Source: Pelomyxa schiedti
Taxonomy: Eukaryota > Protista > Evosea
NCBI GenBank assembly: GCA_020536535.1
Contig: JAHLWZ010000793.1
Location: forward strand, 117,239-181,238
Length of the DNA stretch: 64,000 nt
Direction: 5' to 3'
Part shown: piece by piece, positions 61,429-64,000 of the stretch
Position numbering within the stretch: the stretch's first letter is position 1
Layout: each line of letters starts with the position of its first letter
Notes under the pieces: generated by a model
Database searches by the model: none
Told to the model about the DNA's origin: nothing
The model's input: the letters and a program-made list of their open reading frames with translations, nothing else
Program-made: the position numbers and the translations under genes

Positions 61429-62709
61429 ATGAGGAAATTGTTGGTGTTGGCTCTCGTTGCAGTGGTTGCCCTCGTAATAACACTAAGTAAGTAAGTAATT
61501 AGCCGTAGTTACTAGTCGTGTCGTTTCATTGTATCCCGCCGCGGTTGTGTCTTTGTAACTTTGTGCCTAAGTTTTGGGGCGGGGGGGGGGTGATGTACCA
61601 ATGATTGAGAGTAACATGAACCTAGTTGGTCTTGGCTATTTCCAGTTGGTTGTGGAGAGTCCGCGTCGATGTACCACTCTCGCTCCCGCTCCCGCTGCCG
61701 CCACTGACATTACGCCTGTATCCAATTGCAGTTGCCCTCAACTAGCTGACAAACCGACTCCCCCACCATGCAGTCAGCAAGCAAGCTCATGCCCACCACC
61801 CCACAAACAAGGAGGATGGCCAATAATGGATGAACGCCAGAGGGAATTTTATTCAATATGGCATCCCGCAATGATGCAGAGATGAAGAAGGTACTGACTG
61901 GATGGGGCCGCTTGTTTCCCTTTCATTTCATTTCTGGTGGGAACCCCCCAGATGTGGAACTCAAAGTCCGTCAAATTGAACACCGATCTAAGTACTCAAG
62001 TCCAATTTTTACTCAACTAATCTTCTAAGAATTTACCCGGTGATTTCCACCAATATTGGTGATGGCTCTATGTCTGAACTCTGTCAAAAGTTCTATCTTT
62101 ACTACAGGTGGCTTTGCAATGCAACAGAAGGTGCCACTAAAAATTTCGATTACGATTGGTTTTGGCTCCCAACTTACTGAAATTACTTTCCAAGTAACTC
62201 TTTCCATACCATATGCCCTTTTTAAATGGCGATACAGATACAACCCAAATGATATCCAATTGATCTGTTATCTGCACGGTAAAGACCCGGTTCAGTGGCA
62301 CCATCCTGCACCTGAAGGTATTGTACCGAACTGTAAAACAAAAAGTATCTCATTAACCGTTGCTTAAGGATTTCCTGCAAGGCGAAAGTGGGCTAGTGGA
62401 GGTGGAGTTATCATGTCCAGGACTTGCCTGCAAGGAATATGCAAAATTCTACCCGCATGGGACCTGAAAAAGGCTGCCTATGAGGAGTATGACGACGTCA
62501 TGGTCAGCAGAATGGCGCAGGAGGGCGGCGCGACACTTATTGACGAGTCGGGTGTGCTGTGGATTTGGACTCCATCAGGTTCGACTCATGGTGGGCCATA
62601 TGCCAACTACCGCAAGGACATAGTTACATATCACCATATTGATGACATAGAACAAGTGGTGATGCTGGGTGAAGTTGTGTACGATGTACTCGGGTATGGT
62701 CTGGAGTGA
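61429..62709 (+). CDS. Mirror copy: GT31-like glycosyltransferase
   Basis: Reverse complement of 20078-21358. Confidence 0.53.
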
Positions 62710-64000
62710 CGGGTTCCAGTTGGTGATTGCACAACAACCACACACGTCTACTTTATCTTTCCGTGGAGCTACTACCTACTACCTACTACCTACAACCCAC
62801 CCAACTATTTTCCCCTTTGGGTTTTGTAACCCTCAAGAGCTAACGGGATTAGACTTTCTAAATGTTTATTCCTTTGGGTTGGTGGGCGCCCTCTGGCGAC
62901 TGGGTTTTGAGTTTTGGGTGTTGGGGCAACTTAGCATATGTTTCTATTGTAGGAAAAAAAACAAAAAAATAGGTTGTCAACAGCCCACAGTCGATTTCAC
63001 ATGCTCTGGATGAGGCACGCGACTACCACCTCTTTGTAAAAGAGCATGGCCCCACCCTTGCTCCCTGGTGCCAGAGGCCTCCATGTGTGCTTTTGTGTGC
63101 CATGCCTTTGCAGCACTCAATGAAAAGAGTGAATGCTTGACCCCTGGGCTGAGAGGATTGGCGACTGTTGTCTTGGTGGGCCAGAAGTTGACTGGGGGTC
63201 AAACACTGGGTTGAACACAACAGACCCGCCTCAAAGCAAGCTGTGCCAATGTAGGGCTGAGAGTGCTGTGTGTAAAGAGCAACTTTATGTAGTCCTTCTG
63301 CGTCATGCTGCCCTTGGCAGCCTGGACCCACTCTCAGCTGAGGCAAACACTGCACTTGTGATTTGGTAATCTTGGACCCCAGGGAGATTGAAGTAGGCTG
63401 CAAGCTTCCCCCACTCAATTCCCATTGCCTTTGAGGCATCGTTTGGGGGTGAGACTGTTCCCAGATATGAGTGGGTGGGCATCAGGTGCGAAGGTCAGAA
63501 TCCTGTGCATGTCTGCCATACAGGCTGCGTTTCCCTCCCTGCTGGTTCCAAACGTGTCAATGGCGAACTGCTTGTCTCAAGGCCCAAAGTGTGTACACAG
63601 TGGTGTAGAAAATGTGGAAATAAACCCCAATTTGGCCCATCTTTTCCCAAGGGTCCACAGGGCCAAAAAAACAAAGCATTCCAGATCATTCTCCAAGTAG
63701 GGAGTCATCATTTTCTCCATAGGAACACAATGACTAGATGAGGTCTAAGCTATAACTGGTTTAAGTTAGATTAGATATTTTCATAGAAAATTGATGACAA
63801 ATCACATTGGTGTCTCCATGAAGAGGCTGGGACTCACAAAAGTGTGAACTCCCACAGAGTAACTAACACAATGGGAAAGAAGAAAGGGTGATGATAAGAC
63901 CGGAAAGAAAGAAAGAAATCTCTTTTTCCTTTCATCATGCTGTTGTGGCCAAGGGCACAGAAAGTTGCTCCTCCTGTCGTTTCTAAACAATTCCACATTC

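Larger units (their letters stand above)
41581..64000. repeat. Right arm of the giant inverted repeat (runs off the window end)
   Basis: Reverse complement of 18787-41206 with constant coordinate sum 82787 (no indels seen). Confidence 0.98.

Noticed and set aside
1-64000. rRNA, tRNA, CRISPR arrays, integrases or viral hallmark genes (which might explain the palindrome)
   Set aside because: None recognised by eye. A tRNAscan/Infernal run would be needed to exclude small RNAs.

Overview
Gene-dense, intron-rich eukaryotic DNA with short GT-AG introns (typically about 40-60 nt) and GC/CpG-rich first exons. The gene content and style suggest an anaerobic amoebozoan such as Pelomyxa (inference only). 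The unique part (1-18.8 kb) encodes WDR12/Ytm1, VAMP7, a myristoylated EF-hand protein, BRR2/SNRNP200, a flavodoxin-2[4Fe-4S] fusion, an intronless lineage-specific ORF, an ER-retained (REEL) protein and a Tra2-like SR protein. The dominant structure is a giant inverted duplication: position i pairs with 82787-i from 18787 to 41206, and the mirror arm runs from 41581 to the window end. Each arm is at least 22.4 kb, around a 374-bp non-palindromic spacer. Each arm carries a GT31-like glycosyltransferase, a second Tra2-like copy, DDB1, ZNHIT3, a TMEM209-like protein, a secreted 2H phosphoesterase, NudC, striatin, a Cys-loop-less pentameric ligand-gated ion channel, a HAD_SAK-type phosphatase and a PHB-depolymerase-like esterase. 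Several of these are recognisable only after manual splicing. The palindrome may be a whole-genome-amplification or assembly fold-back artefact rather than biology. Exon boundaries were placed by eye, and no database searches were run.
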